Part shown: positions 37,401 through 50,160 of the stretch, one piece after another
Layout of the letters: each line of letters starts with the position of its first letter
Position numbering within the stretch: the first letter of the stretch is position 1
Assembly: GCA_051294375.1 (NCBI GenBank)
Contig: CM119267.1
Coordinates: forward strand, 3,860,223 to 3,924,222
Source of the DNA: Paraspadella gotoi
Lineage: Eukaryota; Animalia; Chaetognatha
Direction of reading: 5' to 3'
Length of the DNA: 64,000 nt
The notes under the pieces: model-generated
Told to the model about the DNA's origin: nothing
Database searches by the model: none
Seen by the model: only the letters and a program-made list of their open reading frames with translations
Position numbers and translations under genes: made by a program

Positions 37401-37530
37401 GGCGATGGTCTGCAGCCGAAGCTGACGACTCGAAGTTCCTCCATCTTGGGTCCGTCGGCGGCGACCATCTTCTCTCATCAGTTGGGCAACAGCATCTTGC
37501 TTCAACAGCAACGTCCGTTGCCGCATCCAG
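37401..37530 (+). CDS. Probable next exon of the same gene
   Basis: TGCAG acceptor (weak pyrimidine tract), in phase with the previous exon; GDGLQPKLTTRSSSILGPSAATIFSHQLGNSILLQQQRPLPHP; CAG|GTATGA donor. Confidence 0.55.
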
Positions 37531-37689
37531 GTATGACGGAAGTAGATTTAAATTCGCTTTCATCCTTAGTTCATTTATTAAATCTTTCGTCGGAGTAATC
37601 ACGAGCCAGCAAATAAGTCGTCATGAAACATCAGGGATCAGTCGTTAATAGACAAAACTTCGATTAAATTTGACAAAATCAGCCAAATC

Positions 37690-37900
37690 CTTTGCTAAAT
37701 CTGTCGTTAAATCTTCTGTTAAATCTTTCTACAAATCTTTTACAAATCATTCGCCAAATCTTTTACAAATCTTCCAAAATCTTACAAATCTTACAAATCT
37801 TCTAAAAATCTTACAAATATTACAAATCTTTTAAAAATCTTACAAATCTCTTACAAATCTTCCGCGAAATCTTCTGCCAAATTATCCTTCCAAATCTTAA
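37690..37900. repeat. Degenerate ~9-bp (CAAATCTTA) tandem repeat
   Basis: Direct reading. Confidence 0.8.
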
Positions 37901-38995
37901 ATTCACGGCGGCGCCTTTCTCTTCTCGCGGACGCAGAGGCGCGAGTCGTGACAAGATTCTGATCCTCGTCACAACAGAAAAGAAGAAGAAGAAGAAGAAG
38001 GAGAAGAAGAAGAAGGAGAAGAAGGAGAAGGAGAAGGAGAAGGAGAGGAGAAGCAGTGAAAAAAAGGAGAATAAGATTGAGAATGAGATAACCGGACGAA
38101 GAAAAAGAAGGTGACGCTGCGATTTCTCGGAAAAGCTGGGATTTCTCAGAAATACTGGGAGGCGTCGACCGTTTTGGCGGAAAAACAATATTGGAAAGGA
38201 AAGAGGGAAGAGGCGGAGAAATCTTTGGTTGTTCCTTCTTTGGGAAAAGAAAAAGATTTAGGGGAGGAAAGAGAAAAGGGAAGAATGGAGGAAAGGAAAG
38301 AATAAGGAAGAAGGGAGGAAAGGAAAGGAAAAAGAAAGGAACGAGGAAAGGAATGGAAAAAGGATTAAAAAGAAAAAGAAATGAAAAAAAAGGAAATAAG
38401 AATTAGAAAAAGTAGGAAGATGGGAAATAAAAAATAAGTGTAAATGAGAATCTAGGGAAATTTTTTTGTCTGAGTGGAATGATTTTTGCGGGAGGTTTTA
38501 ATTGCTGGGAAATGCGAAATGATTTATTTAGTCCTTACTAGATGCCAGTAAGATTAAAATAAGGCAAGTTAATTCTGGAGATGACATGATTCGTTCTAAT
38601 AATTAGCACCGATCGTCAGTTATCTCTAACTATATGGGTACAAAAATCAAAAAATTTTAATATAAAAACAAGTGCAAATTAGAAAAATTAGAAAAAATGT
38701 AAAAGCGTGAAATTATAGAAAATAAACAGTGAAATAAAGATACGAATTAGGCTAATAAAGAAATACTGAAGCTAAAAAAAGGAACCGAAAAAAAAGGGGA
38801 AAAAAAAGAAAAAAAGAGCGGAAAAAAAAAAAAAACGGGGAAAAAAACAGGGGAAAAGCGAGAAAAGGGGGAATCTTGTTGGTTGGGCTTTGCGGAGTCG
38901 TTTCCCGTCGCCGTAAAAACTATTGATTCGAGATGCAGCCGCCTCCCGATCTCAACAATAGGGCTCTCTCTGTCGCTCGCGCTCTCTCCTCTCTC

Positions 38996-39047
<52 letters not shown>

Positions 39048-39048
39048 A

Positions 39049-39108
<60 letters not shown>

Positions 39109-39269
39109 ACTATTTTGTCTTTGTATTTCTCTAATTTTCTTATCGTCTCTCCTCTGTCTCATTCTGTCTTCGTATTTCGATTCATGAGCCTTTTTTGTTT
39201 TTTCCTTTAAAAAAAAAAGGAAAGAAAAAAAACAGAATCGTTCGGGACGATTTTTTTGTTTTCTTTCTG

Positions 39270-40900
39270 AATGGAGACGATAAAGAGAAAGAAAAGAAGA
39301 GGAAGATTAAGAATGAGATTAAGAATGAGTTAAGAATGAGACGATAAAAAAGAAAGAAAAAGAAGAGGAGATTAAGAATGAGAATTAATAGAATGAGATT
39401 AAGAATGAGACGATTAAAAAAGAAAGAAAAGAAGAGGAAGATAAGAAATGAGATAAGAATGAGGACGAAACAAGAGAAGAATAAGAGGAATATTAAGAAT
39501 GAGATTAAGAACAGAATGAGAAGTTAAGAATGAGAGAATTAAAAGAGAAAGAAGAAAGAAGAGGGAAGATCTAGAAATGAAGATTAAGAATGAGATAAGA
39601 ATGAGACGATAAAGAGAAAGAAAAGAAGAGGAAGATAGAATGAATTAAGAATGAGATAGAAGAATGAGAATAAAGAGAAAGAAAAAAGAGAGGAAGACTA
39701 GAATGAGATTAAGAATGAGATTAAGAATGAGACGATAAAAAGAGAAAGAAAAGCAAGAGGAGATTAGGAATGAGATTAGAATGAGCATTAAGAATGAGAC
39801 GATTAAAAGAGAAGAAAAAGCAAGAGGAAAAAGATTAGAATGAGATTAAGAATTGAGATTAAGAATGAGCACATTAAAAGCAGAAAGAAAAGAAGAGGCA
39901 AGATTAAGAATGATATTAAGGAATGCGAGAATTTTAAGAAATGAGGACGATTAAAAGAGAGAAAGAAAAGAAGAGCAAAGATTAAGACATCGATATTAAG
40001 AATGACAGACTTCAAGAATGAGACGACTAACAAAGAGGAAAAAAAGAAGAGCGGAAGATTAAGAACTGAATAATTAAGCAAATGAGCATTAAGAATGACG
40101 ATTAATTAACAGCAGGAGACGACAAAGAAAGAGGCAAGATTAAGAAATGAGATTAAGAATAGGATTAACGAATGAGACGATTAAAACGTTGAAAGAAGGA
40201 AGAGGAAGACTAAGAATGAGAATTAAGAATTAGGACATATAACAAGGAAAGAACAAGAAGTAGGAATATTAAGCAATTTGAGCATTAAGAATAGATTAAG
40301 CAATGAGACAATAAAAAGAGAAAGAAAAGAACGAGGGCGAAGGACTAGAATGAGATTTAATGCAATGAAGACGCATAAAAAAAAGATAATGAAAAAAGGA
40401 GGTAAAGACTACAAATGAGATTAAGAATGAAGACGATCTAAAGAGAAGAAGAAAAAGAAGAGGAAGATTAAGATGATATTAAAGGAATGAGATTTCAGAA
40501 TGTAGGACGATAAAGGAGAAAGAAAAGAAGAGGAAGATTTAAGATGAGATTAAGAATGAGATAAGAATTCGATGATGATTTAAGAGAAAGAAAAAGAAAG
40601 CAGGAAGATTCTAAGAATGATATTTTAGAATCGAAGATCTAAGCAATGACGACGACATTAATAAGCAGAAAGAAAAAGCAAAAGAAGATTTTAAAAAATG
40701 AGGATTAAGAATGCAGATAAGATGAGCGACGATTTAAAGAGGAAAGAAAAGAAGACGGAACGACTAAGAATGCAGGCATTAAGAATGAACAATAAAAAGA
40801 GGGGAAAGAAAAAGAAGGGAAGATTTTAAGAATGAAGATTTAAGAATCGGGAATTAAGAATGAGACGATAAAAGAGAAAGAAAAGAAGAGGAAAAGATAA
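39270..40900. repeat. Purine-rich higher-order minisatellite with 12-bp GATTAAGAATGA subunits
   Basis: Recurring (GATTAAGAATGA)2-3 + GACGATAAAAGAGAAAGAAAAGAAGAGGAA with many indels. Confidence 0.9.
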
Positions 40901-42643
40901 AGAAAAATTTAGGGAGGAAAAAAAGAAATATTGAGGTAGGAGAATTAGTGAAAAGGAGGAGAAAGAAGAAGTTAAAAAGATTGAGGTAGGAAAAAGAAAG
41001 AAAGAAAAAAGAAATACAAAAGAAAGATTAAGCACAAGGGTTAAACATTAAGGTGGAACAGGTTGAAAACTAAAAAACTTTTGCCATATATATATGGTTG
41101 AAATGTTTATCAGAGATTATAAAAATAAAAAAACTAAGATTAATTATATTTAAATGTTTTAGTGCATCAATACAACAACAAAAATAATAATAGGCATCGA
41201 TTTAGTGATGAAAGGACAAAATAATTTTATCGCAGAGTAATTTATGTAGCAGATTTATATTTTATATTTAGATTTATATTTTAGAAAACGTTAAAATCCG
41301 ACCCGCCGTATTTAAACCGATACGTGAAAAGCGCATGATACGGAAATGTTAAATGAGAAAAAATAGAGAATAAAAAAAATAATATAGATTAATAATAAAA
41401 TGATGAATAGTAATGTGTAGTCGGGCATTGTCATGATTCATAATTAATGACAATGGAGCGAGGGATGAGAGAAAAGAAAAAAAAACGCTGCGAACATGAT
41501 GAAAGATGTAGAATAAGTTTAATAAGTAGAGGATTTTATTTAATATTTAATATTTGATGATCTTCTTTATAAAAATCTAAATATAAATAAATAAATATAT
41601 AAAATATCATTAATGGCATGATCTCAAATGGATATCTATAAAACTAATAAATTATAAATNNNNNNNNNNNNNNNNNNNNNNNNNAAATAATAGATACTTG
41701 TAAATAATCGGAGATCACAAATAGACCAACCAAAAAGCGTCGCTCGGACAGGAACTTAAAAGAAAAGGGGGAAAAATAAATAAGAAAGAGAGTAAAAGAA
41801 AGAAAGAAATAAAGAAAGGAAAAAATAATGAAGGTAAAGCAAGAGGAAGAGGAAGGAAAGAAAAAAAAAAGAAGGAAATGAAAGAAAAAGAGGCAAACAA
41901 AAGAAAAGATGAAAAAAACAAAGAAAAGGAAAAGAGGAGGAAGGAAAAGAAAAAAGAAGGAAAGAAAGAATGAATAGGAAAGGAAAAAAGAAGAGAGAGA
42001 AGAAAAAGAGGCAAAGAAAGAAAAGATGAAAAAAAACAAAGAAAAGGAAAAAGAGGAGAAAGACAAGAAAAAAGAAGGAAAGAAAGAATGAAAGGAAAGA
42101 ATGAAGGAGAAAAGAAAAAAGAAGGAAAGAAAAGAAAAAAGAGGAAAGAAAGAAAAAAGGAGAAAGAAAGAAAACGGAGGAAAGAAAAGAAAAAAGAAGG
42201 AAAGAAAAGAGTTTGGCGTCGGATTAAGAAATGGAGTCGAATGTCGAGAGGTGATGACCAAAACATTTCGCGTCTTCGGCTGAGAAAAGAATAAAAAGGG
42301 AAATATAAAAAAAACCTGAAAAATAAAGGGATAAAAAGGAAAAGGATAAAAGGAAAGATATAAGGAAAACGGAAAGACTAAAGGAAGATAAAGAAAGAAA
42401 AACAAATTTATGAAAACATAAAAAAGACAAAAAAACTAAGAATGTAAAACAGAGAGGTAAGAGGAAAACGGATAAAGATAAAGAGTTAGATAAAAAGAAA
42501 AGAAAAAACATAGAGAATACTATATGAGAAAATAAAACAAAGATGATAAATGGAAAGGAGGAAAAAACAAAGATTATGAAAAGAAAAAGAGAAAAAAAAG
42601 ACTGCCTCAGCGATGCCCGCTTTTTATGCGCGGGAGAGAGCAG

Positions 42644-42680
<37 letters not shown>

Positions 42681-42865
42681 AGAAGAGAAGGAGAGAGAGA
42701 AACTCTTTTATTTTTTTCTGAGGCCAGAAGTGACCGCCAAGAGGCTCGTCCAAGGCTGGGGTCGCAAAGACCTCGACCCCCCGTCGAAACCTTTCTAGGG
42801 TCAAAGGTCAGAGGTCACCGAGTATATCTCACGGTTAGTTCGGTTCTACTTTGTGGAAGGAAAAG

Positions 42866-42950
42866 AAAATTGGGAGAAGTAAAAAGTGGAGATGAAAATA
42901 ATAAAAAAGAAAAAATGGGGAAAGGAAGAGAGGGAGAGAGAGAGAGAAGG

Positions 42951-42988
<38 letters not shown>

Positions 42989-43084
42989 AGATGAGAAAAG
43001 AGAGAAGAAAGATAGAGAGAGAGGGAGAGAGAGGGGGGAGAGAGAAGATAGAAGAGAGAGTAGAGAGAAGAGGGGGAGACAGAG

Positions 43085-43119
<35 letters not shown>

Positions 43120-43304
43120 GGGAGAGGGTTAGGGAGAGAGAGAGACAGAGACAGAGAGACCATAAAAACGTTAAAAAAAACCGTAGCTTTGTGATGTTTT
43201 AAGGAAAAGCACTTGTGAGACAGAGAAAACCAATACAAGAGGATTAGTAAGCAACAGCGAGAGAGAGATGAGAGAGAGAGAGAAGAGACGAGAGAGACGA
43301 GAGA

Positions 43305-43350
<46 letters not shown>

Positions 43351-44628
43351 AGGTGGGATTTCGAAGGGATAACAACAACGACGACAAAGACCGTCATCAT
43401 TGAGTTAGAATTAATTTTGATTAAAAGGATAGTTATATATATATAATATTATACTATACTTACTTGTTTAGAAGTAACTAAGACGACGACCATGGTAGCG
43501 ATTAAGAGTTGATAACTCGAGTGAATAAGAGTGAGACTCACAGATGTGAATTCCTGGGACTAAAAGAAGTCATTTGGAGGTAATCTCCTTGTTTACCGAC
43601 CACTACGTCATATGATGATGATCGACGCGAACGACGACGACGACAGACGACGACAACGCTCTCCAGGTTACAATCTGATCTATACTTAGTTTTGGTTGAC
43701 TATTGTGTCTTTTTAAAAATATCACATCTTTGTTTCAAATTTATGTCACTCTTGACTGATCACTGTTCACTTGTACTGTTCGGCGAGCCTGTTCGAAAGA
43801 AAATTACCTTTGCGAAATCCACTCTTTTATCTCTCCTCTTTGTTCGGCGAGCCTGTTCGAAGAAAATTACCTTTGCGAATATCCACTCTTTTTATGTACA
43901 GAAAAATGTGCTACTTTTTTGCTTTTTTGCTTTTTTTTCATGCTTTCCTATGCGATGTTGATTTTCTGGTTTATTTTCTGGCTACGCAACTAGTGCCGAA
44001 TCACTTCGCAGGGACTGAAATTGGAAAAACAATAACAAAGCCGTTAAGGGANNNNNNNNNNAGAGCAGGTGGGATTCGGAAGGGGATAACAACAACGACG
44101 ACAAAGACGTCATCATTGAGTTAGAATTAATTTTGATTAAAGGATAGTTATATATATATATATTATACTATACTTATGTTTAGAAGTAACTAAGACGACG
44201 ACCATGGTAGCGATAAGAGTTGATAACTCGAGTGAAAAAGAGTGAGACTCACAGAGTGAATTCCTGGGACTAAAAGAAGTCAATTTGGTAGGTAATCTCC
44301 TTGTTACCGACCACGACGATCATGATGATGACGACGACAACGACAACGACGATGACGACGACGACGACAACGCTTCAAGGTTACAATCTGATATCCTAGT
44401 TTTGGTTGACTATTGTGTCTTTTAAAATATCACATCTTTGTTCAAATTTATGTCACTCTTGACTGTTCACTGTTCACTTGACTGTTCGGCGAGCCTGTTC
44501 GAAGAAAATTACCTTTGCGAATNNNNNNNNNNNNNNNNNNNNNNNNNATAAGAAAATGGGGAGAAAAAGTGAAGATGAAAATAATAAAAGAAAAAATGGG
44601 GGAAGAGAGAGAGAGGGAGAGAGAGGAG

Positions 44629-44666
<38 letters not shown>

Positions 44667-44997
44667 GAGAGAGAGAGAAAGAAGATAGAGAGAGAGGGGG
44701 GAGAGGAGAGAATAGAGAGAGAGAAAGATAGAGAGGAGAGAGGGGGGAGACAAGAAGAGAGAGAGAGAGAGCAGAGAGAGACGAGAGAGAGAGAGAGAGA
44801 AGAGCAGAGAGAGAAGAGAGAGGAGCGAGAGGGTTAGGGGAGAGAGAGACAGAGACAGAGAGACATAAAAACGTTAAAAAAACTCAGCTTTGGTGATGTT
44901 TTAAGAAGATCACAAGCATTGGAGTGAGACAAAAACCAAATACAAGGAGGATTAGTAAGCAACAGCGGAGGGAGAGAGAGGGGAAGGAGAGAAGAGA

Positions 44998-45028
<31 letters not shown>

Positions 45029-45640
45029 CAGGTGGGATTCGAAGGGATCACAACAAACGACGACAAAGACCGTCATCAGAGTAATTATTTTGATTAAAAG
45101 GATAGTTTAAATATATAATATTATATTACTACTATACTTATGTTTAGTAAGTAACTTAAGACGACGACCATGGTCAGCGATAAGAGTTGATAACTGACGA
45201 GTGAAAAAAGAGTGGACTCACGAGCGAGAGTGGAAATTCCTGGGACTAAAAGAAGTCAATTGGTAGGTTAATTCTCTGTTACCAGTCACCCGACGCCATA
45301 CGATCATACCGAACACGACACAGATCGGCACGCGCACGCATCCAGACAATCGTATGCGGTTAACAGTCTTTAATTCCATTAATAGTCACCCTCACGTTCA
45401 CCTGTTCCTTTCCTGTTCGGACCGAGCCTGTTCGAAGAAAACTCTACCTTTGCGAAATCTCACTCTTTTTAATGTACACGAAAAATGTGCTCTTCTCTTT
45501 GCTTTTTTGCTCTGCCTTTTTCTTCATGCTCTTCCTATGACGATGTTGATTTTCTGGTTTAGTTTTCTGGCTACGCAACTAGTGCCGAATCACTTCGCAG
45601 GGACTGAAATTGGAAAAACAATAACAAAGCCGTTAAGGGA
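42866..45640. repeat. Partial tandem triplication of a ~1.2-kb unit across small gaps
   Basis: GAGCAGGTGGGATT...GACGACCATGG...TTCCTGGGACTAAAAGAAGTC at ~43347, 44064 and 45026; GCTACGCAACTAGTGCCGAATCAC at ~43981 and 45570. Confidence 0.85.
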
Positions 45641-45658
45641 TATTGAGAGAGAGAGAGC

Positions 45659-45752
<94 letters not shown>

Positions 45753-46042
45753 ACGATAGAAAAGCGAATTGCTATCGCCCTCCCTCGGTTGTTTTGGCGC
45801 GAGTTTCGTTCAACAACTTGTTTTCCCCGTCTTGTTTTTTTTTCTGTTTTTCTGTGTTTTTTTTTCTGTTTTTCAGAAAACAAGACGTTTTGGTCTCTCA
45901 ACCGCCGGTCGGTGTTTGATCGTCGCCAAACTCGACGGAAGTCGCCCCGAGGCGTAGACCATTAAATGCGGCTATTAAAGCGCAGTATTTCAGGCAACGA
46001 GGCTGGAATACCGATCAGAGTCGTTTGGACGAGGCATGGCAG

Positions 46043-46044
<2 letters not shown>

Positions 46045-46086
<42 letters not shown>
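46045..46086. repeat. (GCC)n microsatellite
   Basis: Direct reading. Confidence 0.9.
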
Positions 46087-46884
46087 GTGGGCGGTGCGCG
46101 TTCGATATCGACTTTTAGAAGCAACGTGATCATTTGGTGAACGGGCGAGTGGCCTGACTGTGAATGGTGAGTTTGGTGAAAAAAAAGAAAACAGCTTTGA
46201 ATAGTTAGGGTTGAGTTTTTAAAGAATTATGTTTCGCTTCGGTTGATAACACGAGTTCGTTTTTAGTTATCGCCGGAGACTCATAAACGAAATTGGCAAT
46301 CAATGAAAGAGTAAGAGGCAACAAAGCCAGGGGCAAAAATGTTATGGTTGAGGGGGGAAAAACGTTGCAAGTGGCATCGACTGTTTACGAATTGCCATTC
46401 GGCGTTGGCTGGTAATCGGTAATTTTCAACTACAACTGGTAACCATGAGGCGAAAATGGGATGATCTTTAACGAGGTAGTTTGTTACTTTGTACAGGAGA
46501 TTAAATATTAAAACTATCAGCGAATGGCATTGATCGAAAACAGTCCGGCGAATGGCAACGACTGGTGATCGCTCGGAAAATGGCATTTACTGGTAACCTA
46601 TCGGCGCGTGGCATCAGCGGTGAGTGGCGTTGGAGGAAAAGAGGGGGAAAAAATAACTCGGAGAATAAGGATGTCAGATTTCCTGGAACCTTTTTTAAAA
46701 GAGACGTTGTTGTTGTTGTAATCTTTTTTTGTTGTCGTTGTTGCCATTTCATTCGTGTGTTTATTTACCATCAAAAACGAATAATTTTTTTGTCTTTGAA
46801 ATCGTTAGAATTATTAATATTTTGGTCTTATTTCGTGTACACGTCCATGACTTAGACGCGTCGTTAGTTTCGTCCTCGTATTAG

Positions 46885-47085
46885 TTGTCGTCGTCGTCGT
46901 CTTCGTTGTCGTCGTCATCGCCGTCGTCGTCGCCTTTCTCTTTGTCCTCATCATAGTCGTCGTTGTCGTCGTCGTCTTCTTTTTCTTCGTCGTCATCGTC
47001 GTCGCCATCGTCGTCATCGTCGTCATCGTCGTCGTCGCCATCGTCGTCGTCGTCATCGTCGTCGTCGTCGTCGTCATCGTCCTCG
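46885..47085. repeat. (CGT/CAT)n trinucleotide tract
   Basis: Direct reading. Confidence 0.9.
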
Positions 47086-47647
47086 ACGCCGAAACTCGAT
47101 TACCCAAAAAGTCATCTCGTTTATTTATTTTTTTTTCTTAATTTATTTTCTCGATGTTTATCCGATGTTTATCTTCTTTTCTTTCCCTTTTGTTCGTTTA
47201 ATGAATAAAAAAAAAAGATTAAATAAACTTCTCTTTCAAAATTGAAAAAAAAGTGGAGAAGGAAAAAGAAAACAAATTCGTTTTAAAAGTTTTAATAAGT
47301 TTTGAATATTTAAATCGTTTTTTTTTTTCTTTCTGGTTATCTTCAAACTTTATTATGGATCTAAACATCATGAAAATTAACTTGTCTCACTATTTTAAGT
47401 CTTTAAAACAAACGTGATAGTTATAGTTTCCAGTCAATTCATCCGTCCATCCGTTCATTTATACATCCATCTATCCATCCATCCATCCATACATCCAATC
47501 ATCAAAATCTTGAGTCGACCGCTTTTTCACAGTCACTACTTTACCCTGTGATTTACTTTTCCTCTCATACTTTTTTCACTTTGCATAAGTTAGCGAGAAC
47601 TAAAACCGAATGATAATAGTAATAATAATAATGTTTACTCGGGAAAG

Positions 47648-48160
47648 ACTCACGAGCGTCGGCCGCCTATTCCCCCGTGGCGAGGCGCGTTAATGTCAAG
47701 CGGCTCCAACAACTCTCTCTCTCTCTCACTCNNNNNNNNNNNNNNNNNNNNNNNNNNNNNNNNNNNNNNNNNNNNNNNNNNNNNNNNNNNNNNNNNNNNN
47801 NNNNNNNNNNNNNNNNNNNNNNNNNNNNNNNNNNNNNNNNNNNNNNNNNNNNNNNNNNNNNNNNNNNNNNNNNNNNNNNNNNNNNNNNNNNNNNNNNNNN
47901 NNNNNNNNNNNNNNNNNNNNNNNNNNNNNNNNNNNNNNNNNNNNNNNNNNNNNNNNNNNNNNNNNNNNNNNNNNNNNNNAGGCGACGGTAGCCTCGCCTG
48001 GCACTTGACCGCCCAAGGGCCTGTTTGCTCTCTCCCCAACGCCGACCCTCAGACGGAACCGGTGACGACGATGACGACGACGACGACGACGTCAATGGAA
48101 ACAAAGAAAAACCTGGCGGCGAAATTTGAAGTCATCTCCGCGACGCCACTCACCAGGTGA
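47648..48160 (+). CDS. Possible terminal exon of the plus-strand gene, interrupted by an N gap
   Basis: AAAG| at 47647 is phase-compatible with the 37530 donor (DSRASAAYSPVARRVNVKRLQQL). After the gap a GC-rich open frame GDGSLAWHLTAQGPVCSLP...EVISATPLTR* follows. The acceptor lacks a pyrimidine tract. Confidence 0.25.
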   Translation, partial: THERRPPIPPWRGALMSSGSNNSLSLSLXXXXXXXXXXXXXXXXXXXXXXXXXXXXXXXXXXXXXXXXXXXXXXXXXXXXXXXXXXXXXXXXXXXXXXXXXXXXXXXXXXXGDGSLAWHLTAQGPVCSLPNADPQTEPVTTMTTTTTTSMETKKNLAAKFEVISATPLTR

Positions 48161-48579
48161 GCGGTACGGGGGAAGGCGTGGATTTGCCACTCACCAGATG
48201 AGCGAGGGAACGGCAAAATGCCACTCACCAACTGAGCGGTAGGGGAGGGCGGAATGCCAATCACCAGGAGAGCGGTAATGGATCACGGTTTGCCATTCTC
48301 AAAGTGAACAAAGGGTGGGCAGAATGCTAGTCGCCAGAATGCCACTTACCACTTATGGAGAGGCGAAACAGCGCCGCTCATCGGCAGAACGAAGGAGACG
48401 TGTGAAAAATCTAAATTTCGGGCAAGAACCAGAAACAAGTTTCAAGTATATTTCAAACTACATATGCCCAGAGTATGGAATTTACCCTATGTATGACTAA
48501 AAGACCGGTATTACGTGTGGCAATCGGTCGTTCGGTGCAACTGGCTTCGCGGCGTCGCGGCGTCGCGAGTCTCAAGTCT

Positions 48580-50160
48580 GTTTATCTCATTATCGTCGGA
48601 ATCTGATTAAATCTACGGAGAAGAAGAAGAAAAAGAGAGAAAAATGGAAACTGTGGTTCGCGACAGGAGGGATGAACTTTTTATATCCTTCCATCGTTTA
48701 TTCGTATTATACCCTCACTTTTTTATGACGTTTGTCCTTAATTGATCGGCGCGAGTGCGCCTGCGCGTCCGGGTGTCGACGCTGGTTTCCGTTGTGCTCA
48801 TTTGTTTCTTTTTTTNNNNNNNNNNNNNNNNNNNNNNNNNNNNNNNNNNNNNNNNNNNNNNNNNNNNNNNNNNNNNNNNNNNNNNNNNNNNNNNNNNNNN
48901 NNNNNNNNNNNNNNNNNNNNNNNNNNNNNNNNNNNNNNNNNNNNNNNNNNNNNNNNNNNNNNNNNNNNNNNNNNNNNNNNNNNNNAAAAAAACAAAAGGG
49001 GTAAATAGAGAAATAGAGATGGAGCCAAAACAGAATGAATAATAAAAAAGAGGATAAATTAAAAAAAAGGGTTTTAAATTTAATCTTAATTTTTAACCTA
49101 AATGCATTATTTAACTTATAAACCAATCCTTTATCCTAATCCCGAACGACCGACAGACCGACCGAAAAGTGGCGCAACTATAAAAGGACAAAAAAGGATA
49201 AAGTTTCTCCTTATAAATTCGTATTTCGATGAGAGGACAGAATGAAGGGCGACATTCGACGCTCGAACGACAAACGAATAATTTATATCCTTTTTTTTCN
49301 NNNNNNNNNNNNNNNNNNNNNNNNGATGCTCTATTATCGTCGGGAATCTGAGTTAATCTACGTGAGAAGAAGAAGAAGAAAGAAGAGAAAAATGGAACGT
49401 GGGTTCGCGACAGGAGGGCTGAGAAGGGATTTGACACTTTTTATAATCGTATCCATCGTTTATTCGTATGTATACCCTTACTTTTTTTATGACTTTGTCC
49501 TTTGAATTGGAATTACCGGCGCGAGTGCCGCCTGCGCGTTCCAAGGCGGTGTCGACGCTGCGTTTCCGTTGTGCTCATTATGGTTTCTTTTTTTTCTGTG
49601 GAGCGATGACGACGAGCAGAGATGGAAGAGAGAGGAGCTGATCGAGGAGGCACGGAGAGAGAGAGAGAGAAAGATCGGCAGCAGGTTCGATAGAGCCAAT
49701 CGCGATGACCCCAAGGCTAATGCTCTGAGAGAAGAGAGACGAGAGGAGAGAGAGAGACGACGAGCAGAGAGAGAGAGAAGAGAGAAGGCCAATAATAACA
49801 AACAAAATATGGTCACCGATAGTAAAAAAAAAAGAAAAGGCGTAAATAGAGAAATAGAGATGGAGCACAAACAGAATGGAATAAATAGAAAAATAGGATA
49901 AATAAAAAAAAAAAGGGGTTTTAAATTTAAGTCATATTAACCTAAATGCATTATTTAACTTATAAACCAATCTTTATCCTTAATCCTCCGATACGACCGA
50001 CAGCACCGACCGAAAAGTGGGCGCCAACTATAAAAGGACAAAAAAGAGATAAAGCTTTCTCTAATATAAATTCGTTACGATCATATGCAGAGGACCAGAA
50101 TGAGGCACATTCGAGCGCAGTCGAACGACAACGAAGTAATTTATATCCTTTTGTTTTCCC
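48580..50160. repeat. Direct duplication (48580-49299 vs 49330-50160) across gaps
   Basis: Colinear copies with many indels. Confidence 0.8.

Noticed and set aside
41644-42511. Phe/Ser-rich long ORFs (also 51219-52530)
   Set aside because: Low-complexity polypurine/polypyrimidine tracts, not coding.
42866-50160. Local tandem duplications as biological amplifications (also 1826-3268)
   Set aside because: They abut N gaps and differ by random indels; more likely gap-filling redundancy.
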